Assembly (NCBI GenBank): GCA_040218735.1 | Contig: JAVJQW010000040.1 | Span: 1 to 64,000 of the forward strand | Source of the DNA: Deltaproteobacteria bacterium | GTDB taxonomy: Bacteria; Myxococcota; Kuafuiibacteriia; Kuafuiibacteriales; Kuafuiibacteriaceae | DNA: 64,000 nt | Reading direction: 5' to 3' | In this document: one piece after another, positions 47,595 through 56,508 of the stretch | How the letters are laid out: the number at the start of each line of letters is the position of its first letter | Numbering within the stretch: the first letter of the stretch is position 1 | Position numbers and translations under genes: made by a program | The notes under the pieces: generated by a model | What the model saw: only the letters and a program-made list of their open reading frames with translations | The model's database searches: none | What the model was told of the DNA's origin: nothing

Positions 47595-49987
47595 GGTGAG
47601 CCTCCACAGGACGGGCTCGAGTTGTTCGAGCAGAATCGTTCCGCGTAGCCCTCGAATGAGAATGGGCCGATTCGAATCGGTTGAATACTCACATCGGCGC
47701 AGAGGCACCCGCGCAAGTTCTCATCGGTACAACTTAGGCCGATGGGTTGTGCGACGGATCCCTCTACGACGAGGCTTGCGCTCGCGCCTGGGGTCGCGAC
47801 GCTACAGTCGCAGCATGAGCCGCCCGAAAAGGCGCCGTTCGTGCCCCGGCACTGGGAGCATTCGAGCACCCGCTTGATCCATCGAGTACACAATCGCGCA
47901 AAGCCGGAGCCACCGCCGTACACCGCAGCTCCGATCTCGGCGCACACGCCACCACGGCAGTCCGCCGGGGCGTCGCGACCCCGATGCGTAAGGAGTGTTC
48001 CGGCGGCGCGTGCCTCGATGCCAACCTCGTAGGTGAGGCCGATATCGAGCCCGGACCGCTTGCGGATCCTCGACCCACTGACGAAGGCTCCGATCGTCCC
48101 GGAGAGTGTGGCGTGGCAACACTGCGTCGCCGAATCACAGAAGGCGAGCGGGGGCTCCTCGCACCGGAGCGTCGATGAACACGTGCGCTCCAGGCTCAAC
48201 CGCGCGCGCGCTTGAATTGGGGTGGGCGGTATGCGCGCTTCGATGAACCCGGTTGCCATCGACGACTCGCCGCACATGCCGTCGTCGGTTAGCTCGCTAT
48301 CGAGGTCGGTCGATACTCCGATGGCGAAGATCGAGGGAAGCTCTGCCGAGAGCTCGAAGGCTGGCACGACGGCCAGGGGTGGCGGCCCGCCCATCGTACA
48401 CACGGCCGTTCCGTCGACACGTCCGGATGACGGAGCCAAAAGGATGGCCCACTCGGTCGGATTCGTCAGGCTCGCGGAGAAGGCCACCGAGCCCCGATCG
48501 TTGAATCCGGTGGCTCTGCCGTCATTCGTGGAGACGGAACTGGGCGGTGACGGGTTGATGACGGCACGTACGACACCGCCGAAGTCGACGGACTCACCGT
48601 GCATCACGATCGTATCCACCGCGGCGCTGCGTGAAACGAAGAGCCCGCTTCCGTTCGAAGTCCTGGCTCCGAAAGCCAGTTGTCCGCGACGGTTGATCGC
48701 CGGAAGGGTGTCGAGCACGCCCATCGTTTCGCTCGGGTCTCCCGGGGCCGGATCACCCGGAACCCACACGACATCGAGTGTGTTCCCGGGCGGCGCTCCA
48801 TCGAGCGAGTAGCCGACACTTCCTGGTGATCCGGATACGAGGTAGTTCCGCGCGTCGCTCGCTCCGAGCCACGCGACCATTTGGCCGGACCCGTGGGCAT
48901 GACTGCGCGCGCCCACGGATGTGATCGTTGCACCGGTCCCGGATAGTTCTTGCCCCGTGACCAATACCGCATGGCCCGCGCTTGAAACTATGCCATCGCG
49001 GAACTCGAACCCAGAGCTCGTCGGGATTCGCAACTCCGCTGCAAAATACTGGGTGCCGCCGCTCCCGAAGATAGCCGGACCTCGATTGGCGCCCGTCGAG
49101 AGGCTGTAGATGATCGACGGCTCGTCCTCCTCGTTCTTCTTCTTGGCTGGTCGAACTGGAAGTCCGGTAAGCTCATCTCCGACCAAGACACTGGGAGTTG
49201 TTCCTAGGGCGTGGTAGGTCGGGCACGGCGTCGTGCTCGTCTGCACCAGCGCTACGCGATAACCGATGTGCCGGCCGCTGCTCAGTGCGACGTCGTACAA
49301 CGCGGAGACTTCGCAGTTCTCGAAGGGGCCCGGATCTCCGATTTTCAGTACAGGTGAGAGCCCGCCCCCAGAGCTTCGAAAGACGCCGTACTGACCCATC
49401 GCATCCGTTGCCATCATGGCGACGGTTCCGCTCTGGTAGCGAATGAGATCGGAATAGAAGCTCTCGACGTCGGCGCCGCGCCGAGCCATGAGTCGAGCTC
49501 CGCTGGGCGTTCCCTCGAACAGACCGACGGACTGCCCTTCGGGTAGGGCGGGGCCCCTCAGCTGCGCGAAGAAGAGGACGTGGTCATTGCGTCCGGCCCA
49601 TAGACTGTCACCACGGCTGTATTGCGGAAAACTCGCGAAGACTGTGCCGGACTCCGTACCCGGCGCTGGCTCTCCTTCGCGCGCGATGAGTTTGAGATCG
49701 TCACCGACGCATCCGGCTACCCATATCGCCTCATCGTCTTGTCCCACCGTGGGGCCTGATATCGACGCGCGGAATGCGACCCGATCGTCGGGCGACAGCG
49801 CAAAGTTGGCGACGCCGGTAAAGACGGCGCCGTCGGCGGCTGGGAGTTTGGGTTCGTCGAAGGCCGCCATGCCAGGCTCGACCACGATGCAGAGGGGCTC
49901 GGCGGCGGACGACGGCGGACTGACCGTGACAGATGCAGCCACCGCGACGACTGCCAGGGCATGTCCTTCGCGAAACTGCGAGATCAT
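47591..49987 (-). CDS. Secreted protein with NxxGxxAF-type propeller repeats and a Cys-rich C-terminal domain
   Basis: Signal-like N-terminus; LIAREGEPAPG, AINRRGQLAF, FNDRGSVAF; numerous Cys in the last ~270 aa. Confidence 0.75.
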   Translation of the reverse strand: MISQFREGHALAVVAVAASVTVSPPSSAAEPLCIVVEPGMAAFDEPKLPAADGAVFTGVANFALSPDDRVAFRASISGPTVGQDDEAIWVAGCVGDDLKLIAREGEPAPGTESGTVFASFPQYSRGDSLWAGRNDHVLFFAQLRGPALPEGQSVGLFEGTPSGARLMARRGADVESFYSDLIRYQSGTVAMMATDAMGQYGVFRSSGGGLSPVLKIGDPGPFENCEVSALYDVALSSGRHIGYRVALVQTSTTPCPTYHALGTTPSVLVGDELTGLPVRPAKKKNEEDEPSIIYSLSTGANRGPAIFGSGGTQYFAAELRIPTSSGFEFRDGIVSSAGHAVLVTGQELSGTGATITSVGARSHAHGSGQMVAWLGASDARNYLVSGSPGSVGYSLDGAPPGNTLDVVWVPGDPAPGDPSETMGVLDTLPAINRRGQLAFGARTSNGSGLFVSRSAAVDTIVMHGESVDFGGVVRAVINPSPPSSVSTNDGRATGFNDRGSVAFSASLTNPTEWAILLAPSSGRVDGTAVCTMGGPPPLAVVPAFELSAELPSIFAIGVSTDLDSELTDDGMCGESSMATGFIEARIPPTPIQARARLSLERTCSSTLRCEEPPLAFCDSATQCCHATLSGTIGAFVSGSRIRKRSGLDIGLTYEVGIEARAAGTLLTHRGRDAPADCRGGVCAEIGAAVYGGGSGFARLCTRWIKRVLECSQCRGTNGAFSGGSCCDCSVATPGASASLVVEGSVAQPIGLSCTDENLRGCLCADVSIQPIRIGPFSFEGYAERFCSNNSSPSCGGSP

Positions 49988-50060
49988 GTGACCCACGATG
50001 ACATGTTCAGAGATACGCGACCACGCGGGGATCGCCCATCGACGGTGCGGATATCAGAGA

Positions 50061-51029
50061 TCAACTCCGGACGGCGGCGATGGTGTCGCGGATGAGCTGC
50101 GCCATCGCGTCGTTGCCCGCGCCCGAGAGGTGCAGGCCGTCGCCGCCGTCGGTGTTCGCGCCGGCGATCTGGGACCAGTCGGCCACGAACATGTTGGGGC
50201 GGCGCGCGGCTTCCTGCGCGATGACGTCGTTGATGGCGGCGTTGCCGTCGTAATACGACTGGCCGTAGCTCGCGCCGTTCGGGCGTTGGGTTTGGGTGTT
50301 GACCCACACCACCGTCGGCGGCGGGTTCAACGTGGCGAGCTGGTCCATCGTCTCCGGAACGAAGCGCGCGTAGTCGTTGTGGTTGCTGCCGAGCTCGAGG
50401 ACGAGCACGTCGGCGCCGGACTGCTCGGCCATCTGTCGGATCTCTGCGGGGGAGACGTGGTGGCCTGCGCCGCTGCCGTTGATCGCGCGTCCGCCTGCGG
50501 CGTCGATGGTGACGTCGGCGGCGCCCGCGCCGCGCAGAGCGGCTTCGGTCTGCCCGCGCGCGCCGACCATGAGGGAGTCGCCGATGACGTGGACGTCGAG
50601 GTTCTCGAGGCCCTGGCCCGGCGGGAGGTTGGACGCCGCGGTCGGTGCGGCGCTCGGCGCCGTCGTCGGCGCGGGGGCGCCGCCGCTGCCCCAGGAGGTC
50701 GGCTGCGGTCCGTTCGCGAAGCTCGCGCCCGGGAGCTGACCGGCCTGTCGGGGCGCCGCGTCCTGCCGGTGCATGTCGTTCGCGAGGTAGTCGATCAGCA
50801 GGCTCACGAGCGCCGCGGTGGCGAGCGCCTCGAAAAACTGCATCGGGTCCTGCTGCTGCTGAAGCCACGCCTGGATGTCGTCGTCGGGCGCCGCGCCGAT
50901 GGTCGCCTGATCCTCGGGTGCGAAGAGCTGCGGGAGCGTCTGCTCGGCCGGCAGCAGGTCGGCCCACGGCTGCGCGGGGCCCCATAACCAAGGGTTCAGG
51001 ACGCCGAAGTCATTCGCGCGCGAGACCAT
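50061..51029 (-). CDS. SGNH-hydrolase domain protein with low-complexity N-terminal extension
   Basis: VIGDSL, DAAGGR, LELGSN, DGLHL; no signal peptide. Confidence 0.8.
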   Translation of the reverse strand: MVSRANDFGVLNPWLWGPAQPWADLLPAEQTLPQLFAPEDQATIGAAPDDDIQAWLQQQQDPMQFFEALATAALVSLLIDYLANDMHRQDAAPRQAGQLPGASFANGPQPTSWGSGGAPAPTTAPSAAPTAASNLPPGQGLENLDVHVIGDSLMVGARGQTEAALRGAGAADVTIDAAGGRAINGSGAGHHVSPAEIRQMAEQSGADVLVLELGSNHNDYARFVPETMDQLATLNPPPTVVWVNTQTQRPNGASYGQSYYDGNAAINDVIAQEAARRPNMFVADWSQIAGANTDGGDGLHLSGAGNDAMAQLIRDTIAAVRS

Positions 51030-51084
51030 GCCGACACGATGCCGGATGGTGTGGGTGAGTGTCGCTTACGCGGCGAACGTAAGG

Positions 51085-52098
51085 TCAGCGCCAGCCGTCG
51101 AGCGCGCCGGGCTTCACGCGGAGGTACAGCGCGCCGAACGTGTGGATCGCGCTGGTCGCCATCACCACGTGCTCCCCGACGTCGCGCCCCGCGGCGACCG
51201 CCTCGCGGAGGACGACGAACGGGTCCGCTGCGCCGAGGTGGCCGTAGCGGTCGAGCGTGCCGAAGGTTTGCTCGGGACCGAGGCCGATCGTCTCGCGCAC
51301 GGCGGCGATCACCTTGGGGGCGGTCTGGTTCGTGAGCAGGAAGTCGGGTCGCTCGATGCCGGCGGCTTCACACACGTTGCGGATCGAACGCTCGTAGCTC
51401 GTGATGTAGACCGGCTTGAAGACTTCGACGAACTGCTCGCGGTCCGTGCACTGACGGCAGTGCATCCCTTCGCGCAGCGTCTCTTCACTCGGCGGGTTCC
51501 TCGTCCCGCCGGCCGGGATGAAGAAGTAGTCGTTGAGGTGCGGGTACGTGACGAACGACGCCGGCCCGATCTCGATACCTCCGCCCGCCCGCACGACCGC
51601 AGCCGCGCCGCCGTCCGCGTGACCGAGGGCCTGCGCGGGGCGCGTGCGTTCGTAGTCGATCGACGGCGTCCATCGCTCGGCCGCGACGATCAGCGCCGCG
51701 CGCGGTGTCGACGCGCACCACTTCTTCGCGATGTCGAGCCCGGTGAGGCCGCCCGCGCAGCCCGCCGCGAGGTCGTAGCCGAAGCCGTCGCGGATGCCGA
51801 CCTCGTTCATGATCTTCGCGGCCATCGACCACGACGGGACGTAGTCGCGGCTGATGCTCACGCAGATGACGAGCCCAACGTCCTCGGGCGCGACCCCCGC
51901 GTGCTCCAGCGCGCGGCGCGCAGCGGCCGCGCCGATCGTGGAGGGGTGATCGTCGGGGCCGCCAATCGCCTTCTCGCCTAGGCCGAGCTCCTCGCGGAGG
52001 ACCTGCTCGTCGATGCCCGACCGGCGCGCGATCTCCGCGGCGGTCATCCGCCCCTCGGGGACGTGCACTCCGATACCCGCGATGCCGGCGCTCTCCAT
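51085..52098 (-). CDS. 3-oxoacyl-ACP synthase III-like (thiolase fold) with non-canonical active site
   Basis: IAGIGVHVP, YDLAAGCAGG, ADGGAAAVV, LTNQ, YGHLGAAD. Confidence 0.85.
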   Translation of the reverse strand: MESAGIAGIGVHVPEGRMTAAEIARRSGIDEQVLREELGLGEKAIGGPDDHPSTIGAAAARRALEHAGVAPEDVGLVICVSISRDYVPSWSMAAKIMNEVGIRDGFGYDLAAGCAGGLTGLDIAKKWCASTPRAALIVAAERWTPSIDYERTRPAQALGHADGGAAAVVRAGGGIEIGPASFVTYPHLNDYFFIPAGGTRNPPSEETLREGMHCRQCTDREQFVEVFKPVYITSYERSIRNVCEAAGIERPDFLLTNQTAPKVIAAVRETIGLGPEQTFGTLDRYGHLGAADPFVVLREAVAAGRDVGEHVVMATSAIHTFGALYLRVKPGALDGWR

Positions 52099-52134
52099 GG
52101 TCGTGTTCGAGTCTGCGCGGGATCGGACGAAACG

Positions 52135-53388
52135 TCACGCGCCGCCGAAGACACCTTCGGCGAGTGTCCCGGCGCGTTCCATGCGCGGGTGCGCGTCGAC
52201 CTCGCCGAGCAGCGCCTCGGAGGCGAGGACGGTGTCGAGCTCGAGTGTGTTCTTGATGCGCACGATGCGAGCGTCGGCGGGCGCGAGCCCGACGAGCGAC
52301 CTCAGCGCGAGGTCGACCGCGATGCGTTCGGACGGCGCGACCACCGGGAGGCGCCCGGCTTCGATCACCGTCGAGCCGACGACGTTGGTGTACGTCGTCT
52401 TCCAGTCGATCGCTTCGAACAGCCGGTTGGTGATCACGTCGACGAGGCCCACGCCGATCGCGTTGCCGTGGCTCGCTTCGGTGAGTCGCGTGACGACGAT
52501 GCGTTCGATGAACGGCGCGAGCGCGCCGCGGACCGCGCCCTGTTTGCGGTCGGCGACGAGCGCGTCGAAGCCGGCACCGCTGATGTCCTTGCCCATCTCC
52601 TCGATCACGAGGACGTCGAGGCGGTCGAAGAGGAGGCGCCCCATCATCTGGCGGGCGACCTCGAGGAGCTCCGGCTCGCGGTCGAACATCCGCGCGCCCG
52701 CGAGCACCTCCGCGTCGGCGATGTGTCCGTAGGCGTCCTCGACGAGCGCGACGCCGAACAGGAACGGCGTCGCCGCGACGATCGTCTTCGCGACCTCTTC
52801 GAGGACGCCACAGAACGCGTCGGCCGGGACGTTCCCGTGCAGCGTCGACGCGCTCATGCGTTTGCCGGTCCCGACCGCGAGCATCTTCACGAGCCCGCTC
52901 TCGACGCGGCCGTGGAAGTGCGTGTGCGGTTTGATGCGGTTGACGAGGACGATGCCGTCGGCGTCGAGCGCCTCCGCGCCGACGTGTACGTCGAGGCCGC
53001 GCACCTGGCCGACGACCTTCGTGTCCATCGTGGCGCGGACCGGCGCGCCGACGGAGACCTCGTCGACGCCGAGCGCGGCGAGCACTTCGATCTGGCCGTC
53101 CGCGGTCGCGGCGCCGTGGGTGCCCATCGCGGGGAAGACAAACGGCTCGGCACCGGCGCGTTTCAGCTGTTCGACGACGGCGCCGACGATCGAAGCGATG
53201 CCCGGGATGCCGCGGCTGCCCACGCCGACGGCGATACGTCCTGCGGCCTTCGGCTGCAGCGCGCCGATCTGCTCGGCGATGTGCCGCGCCGGATCTTCGA
53301 GCTCACGGCGTTCGAACGTCTGACGCACCGAGGCCATGCGCGGCAGCGCGCGCGGCGCGCCCCAGTCGAGATCGAGATCGGCGAACAC
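52135..53388 (-). CDS. LarA-like (lactate racemase domain / DUF2088-type) protein
   Basis: IAVGVGSRGI, PAMGTHG, NRIKPHT.F.G..ESGLVKM.AVG.GK, GKDISGAG.D, SHGNAIG.G. Confidence 0.8.
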   Translation of the reverse strand: MFADLDLDWGAPRALPRMASVRQTFERRELEDPARHIAEQIGALQPKAAGRIAVGVGSRGIPGIASIVGAVVEQLKRAGAEPFVFPAMGTHGAATADGQIEVLAALGVDEVSVGAPVRATMDTKVVGQVRGLDVHVGAEALDADGIVLVNRIKPHTHFHGRVESGLVKMLAVGTGKRMSASTLHGNVPADAFCGVLEEVAKTIVAATPFLFGVALVEDAYGHIADAEVLAGARMFDREPELLEVARQMMGRLLFDRLDVLVIEEMGKDISGAGFDALVADRKQGAVRGALAPFIERIVVTRLTEASHGNAIGVGLVDVITNRLFEAIDWKTTYTNVVGSTVIEAGRLPVVAPSERIAVDLALRSLVGLAPADARIVRIKNTLELDTVLASEALLGEVDAHPRMERAGTLAEGVFGGA

Positions 53389-53390
53389 GG

Positions 53391-53924
53391 CTACAGCTCT
53401 AACAGGCGTTCGACCCCTTCGACGATCTGCTCGGCGCGTCGTTCGAGGAGCGCGTCGGAGACGTTCTGGATCGGGTGGTCGAGGACGATGCGCGGGAACG
53501 TCGCCTCGGGGCGCCAGTGGGAGAGGTGGCGCTCGAGCACGTCGACGAACGGCTCCGTCACGACGACGACCGCCGCTGCGCCTTTCAGGTGAAGTTGAAC
53601 CGCGTCGAGCGAACCGCCCGCTGAGCAGCTCCCTCAGTCGAAGACGCCGAGGATCAGGAGGCCCTGCTCCTCGGCGATGCGCTCCAGGGTGTGGTCGCTC
53701 TCGCGACGGGTGATGCGCGCCTTCTTCGTGAGCCCGGTGATCTTCACGCCGCGCGCTTCGAGGCGGCGGCCGACGTCGTCCAGGATGCGGCGCGAGTTGG
53801 GTTTGCCGGAGTCGACGAAGTGCACCTCGCGGGTGTTCTTCGGCGTGTGAATCGGGAGCGGACGCGGGCGCGGCGTGGGGTTCGGATCGATCAGGATCTC
53901 ACACTGCGGTTCGAAGTCGCGCAT
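53391..53924 (-). CDS. UGSC-family selenoprotein, 177 aa, Sec at TGA 53634..53636
   Basis: ..LILGVFD-TGA-GSCSAGGSLDAVQLHLKGAAAVVVVTEPFVD..RIVLDHPIQN..RRAEQIVEGVERLLEL*; the frame stays open to a TAG 2 nt before the next gene; DSGKPNS motif upstream. Confidence 0.88.
53597..53631 (-). promoter_or_regulatory. Bacterial SECIS-like hairpin
   Basis: After the UGA: lower stem GAGCUGC/GCGGUUC, upper stem CGGGC/GCUCG, apical GGUUC starting at +19. Confidence 0.75.
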
Positions 53925-53931
53925 CAGCAGG

Positions 53932-54969
53932 TCACCGAGTCCGGTCCATGATGAAGACCTCCGCGTCCGGTCGCAACTCGACGGCGTGGGTGATGTTGCC
54001 GACCCACCCCGGGATCACCGCGGAGAACTTCCCCGCGGCGCCGCCGGACTCGAGGAACGTGAGCTGCTCGTAGGACCGCAGCGGCGAGCGCGGCGCTTCG
54101 GGGTCGACGGACATCCGTGGATCCGGATCGGCGGGGACCCGACCGAGTCGAACCAGCTCCGGGCCGGGGCGCTTCGAGTGTTCGAAGACGAAACGCCGCG
54201 CGTCGTCGCGATCGAAGGCCTCGCAGATCAGGCTCGCGTGCTCGGGTGCGAGCACGACGGTGTAGCCGCCCGTCTGCCAGTAGAAGTTGGTGGAGCCGTA
54301 GTGGGCGATCGTCCCGGCGATCGTCTCGAGGAGTATCTCGGCGCTCGACGCGTAGTGGTTGTTGACGCTGTTCGGCCCCTCCGCGGCGGTGATGGTGATC
54401 GCGGATTGCTCGGGGTCGAGGCCGAACTGATCGTGATACCGCGTCCACCGCGTCTGTTCGTGCTCCGCGACGCAGAACGAGATGCGCCCCGGGTGACCCA
54501 GCACGCCGAATTCTTCGAGGATGCCGCCGGCGCGCCCGCAGAAGTGACGCACCATGTTCGCGAAGCGCCCGACGGTGAGGTTGATGCGCGCGCTGCCGCC
54601 GAGGGTGTTCGCGCCGCTCGCGAAGCCGAGCTCTTGGACGATCGGCCCGCTGACGATCACCAACACCGCGCACCCGCCGGTCGTGACGGCGACGCCGTTG
54701 ATGTTGAAGCTCGGCGCGAGCAACAGCCGAGTGAGCGGGCGTAGCACCGGCGCGTATTCGTCGCGGCACCCAGCCATCACGGCGATCGCCGCGACCTGGA
54801 TCGCGCGCACTTCGAGCCCGTAGTCGTCGAGCTCGACGAGGGTCTCGGTCGCCGACCACCCCAGCGCCGCGAGCATCGATTCGACGCGGCTCCCGTAGGG
54901 CGGGACGACCGGGAGGCCGTCGCTCCACCCGCGTTCGAAGCAGGCTTCGATGTCGTTGTCGAGCGCCAC
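53932..54969 (-). CDS. Conserved GWxDGLPVVPP protein (usual neighbour of UGSC proteins)
   Basis: RGWSDGLPVVPP, AVMAGC..EY.PVL, VTTG...LVIVSGPI, N.TVGR, LGHPG..SFCVAE; GTG start. Confidence 0.82.
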   Translation of the reverse strand: MALDNDIEACFERGWSDGLPVVPPYGSRVESMLAALGWSATETLVELDDYGLEVRAIQVAAIAVMAGCRDEYAPVLRPLTRLLLAPSFNINGVAVTTGGCAVLVIVSGPIVQELGFASGANTLGGSARINLTVGRFANMVRHFCGRAGGILEEFGVLGHPGRISFCVAEHEQTRWTRYHDQFGLDPEQSAITITAAEGPNSVNNHYASSAEILLETIAGTIAHYGSTNFYWQTGGYTVVLAPEHASLICEAFDRDDARRFVFEHSKRPGPELVRLGRVPADPDPRMSVDPEAPRSPLRSYEQLTFLESGGAAGKFSAVIPGWVGNITHAVELRPDAEVFIMDRTR

Positions 54970-54982
54970 GGTCGTCGCGTCG

Positions 54983-55016
54983 ATTATGACTTCTCGGCTC
55001 CCCCAGTCCAATGGAC
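54983..55016 (-). promoter_or_regulatory. Sigma70-like promoter with palindromic operator
   Basis: TTGGAC-17-CATAAT on the minus strand; palindrome GTCCA-A-TGGAC (55006..55016) overlaps the -35. Confidence 0.6.
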
Positions 55017-55041
55017 GACGTTCTGCGGTAGGCTGCGCGCG

Positions 55042-55734
55042 ATGCGCACCGTGACGATCGCCGACCGCTTCCGAGGCCCGCCCGACTCTGCAAACGGCGG
55101 GTATGCGTGCGGCGTGGTCGCTGCGGCGCTCGAGACGTCCGAGCCCGTGCAGGTCACGCTGCGGAGCCCGCCTCCGTTGGATACGCCGCTGTCGATCGTC
55201 GAGGTCGAGGGCGGTGTTGAGATGAAACACGGTGAGACAGTCGTCGCCGAAGGGCGTACGAGCACGCTCGATCTCGAGGTGCCGGCGGCCGTGGATCGCG
55301 CGACGGCCGAGGTCGCGCAGAAGAACTTCGTCGGGTTCGAGAACCACTTCCTCCCGACGTGTTTTGTGTGCGGAACGAAGCACGAGCAAGACGGCTTGCG
55401 CATCTTCCCCGGGCGCGTCGAAGGGCGCGAGCTCGCGGCGGCTCCGTGGGATCCGACGCCGGACCTCTACGAAGGCGGGCGCATCGCGTCGGTGTTCATG
55501 TGGTCGGCGCTGGACTGCCCGTCGTGCTTCGGCGCGTTCATCACCGAGCCGGTGCTGCTCGGACGACTCGTCGCGCAGATCGACGAGCGGCCGCCCCAGG
55601 GGGAGAAGCTCGTCGCGGTGGGGTGGCCCATCGAGCGCGACGGGCGAAAGATCTTCGCGGGCTCGGCGATCTTCGGCGAGGACGGTCGGGTCTTGGGGAA
55701 GGCGTTCGCGACCTGGATCGCGTTCAAGCGCTGA
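55042..55734 (+). CDS. Double hotdog-fold thioesterase-like protein
   Basis: RFRGPPDSANGGYACG, VTLRSPPPLD, CFVCG, WSALDCP, GRKIFAGSA. Confidence 0.85.
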   Translation: MRTVTIADRFRGPPDSANGGYACGVVAAALETSEPVQVTLRSPPPLDTPLSIVEVEGGVEMKHGETVVAEGRTSTLDLEVPAAVDRATAEVAQKNFVGFENHFLPTCFVCGTKHEQDGLRIFPGRVEGRELAAAPWDPTPDLYEGGRIASVFMWSALDCPSCFGAFITEPVLLGRLVAQIDERPPQGEKLVAVGWPIERDGRKIFAGSAIFGEDGRVLGKAFATWIAFKR

Positions 55735-55735
55735 C

Positions 55736-56386
55736 TCACTTCCGCTTCGTCGCCTTCTTCTTCGTGACCTTCTTCTTCGCGGTCCTCTTCTTCGTCGGCG
55801 GGTGGAACGACTCGCCGCACGCGAGCATCTGCACGAACTTCGCGATCTTCTTCTCCCGGGCCTCGGGTTTGATCGCATCGTGGATCCGGTAGAGGAACGC
55901 GAAGCGGTTGTTGCGGTCGATCGCTTCGAACGCCGCCTTCGCCTTCTTGTTGGCGTCGAGCGCCGCGGCGAAGTCATCGGGGACCTGGATCGTGGAGTGG
56001 GAGTCGTACGCGCGCTCCCAGCGCCCATCCGCCTTCGCCGCTTCGACCTGGGCGAGCCCCGCCTTGCGCATCTTCTTCTTCGCGATCAGCTCCTCGGCGA
56101 TCCCGCGGTTGATCTTGGACCACTTGCTCCGCTTGCGGCGCGGGGTGACGCGGATGATGAAGTAGTCGTCGTCCCAGGTCTTTCGCTGCCCGTCGATCCA
56201 CCCGTACATCAGCGCGCCCTCGCGCGTTTGTTCGTAGGTGATGGTGCGAACGTCCCGCCCCTTCTTGCCCAGTTTGACCCACAGCCCCGCGTCGCGTGTG
56301 TGCTCTACGCGCAGCCAGGCCACCCACGCGGCCATGGTCGCGAAGGCGATGACCTCCAGGTCTTTGTGCGTTTCGGTCTCGGGCAT
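55736..56386 (-). CDS. YdeI/OmpD-associated family protein with Lys-rich tail
   Basis: ALMYGWIDG, TPRRKRSKWSKIN, AKADGRW, VPDDF..AL; tail KKRTAKKKVTKKKATKRK. Confidence 0.9.
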   Translation of the reverse strand: MPETETHKDLEVIAFATMAAWVAWLRVEHTRDAGLWVKLGKKGRDVRTITYEQTREGALMYGWIDGQRKTWDDDYFIIRVTPRRKRSKWSKINRGIAEELIAKKKMRKAGLAQVEAAKADGRWERAYDSHSTIQVPDDFAAALDANKKAKAAFEAIDRNNRFAFLYRIHDAIKPEAREKKIAKFVQMLACGESFHPPTKKRTAKKKVTKKKATKRK

Positions 56387-56480
56387 CGTTCGGGGCTCCT
56401 CGGATCGGTGTCGTCGAGATCCACCGGCACATCGCCGGTTGTTCCGTACGCCGGGCGCGACCGTCACGGTCCGGCGGCGC

Positions 56481-56496
56481 TGGCACGGCGTTTGTA
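56481..56496 (+). promoter_or_regulatory. Sigma54-like promoter
   Basis: TGGCACGGCGTTTGTA: perfect -24 box, -12 box TTGT instead of TTGC; the -12 G is 15 nt before ATG 56509. Confidence 0.6.
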
Positions 56497-56508
56497 GTCG
56501 ATGTCGGT

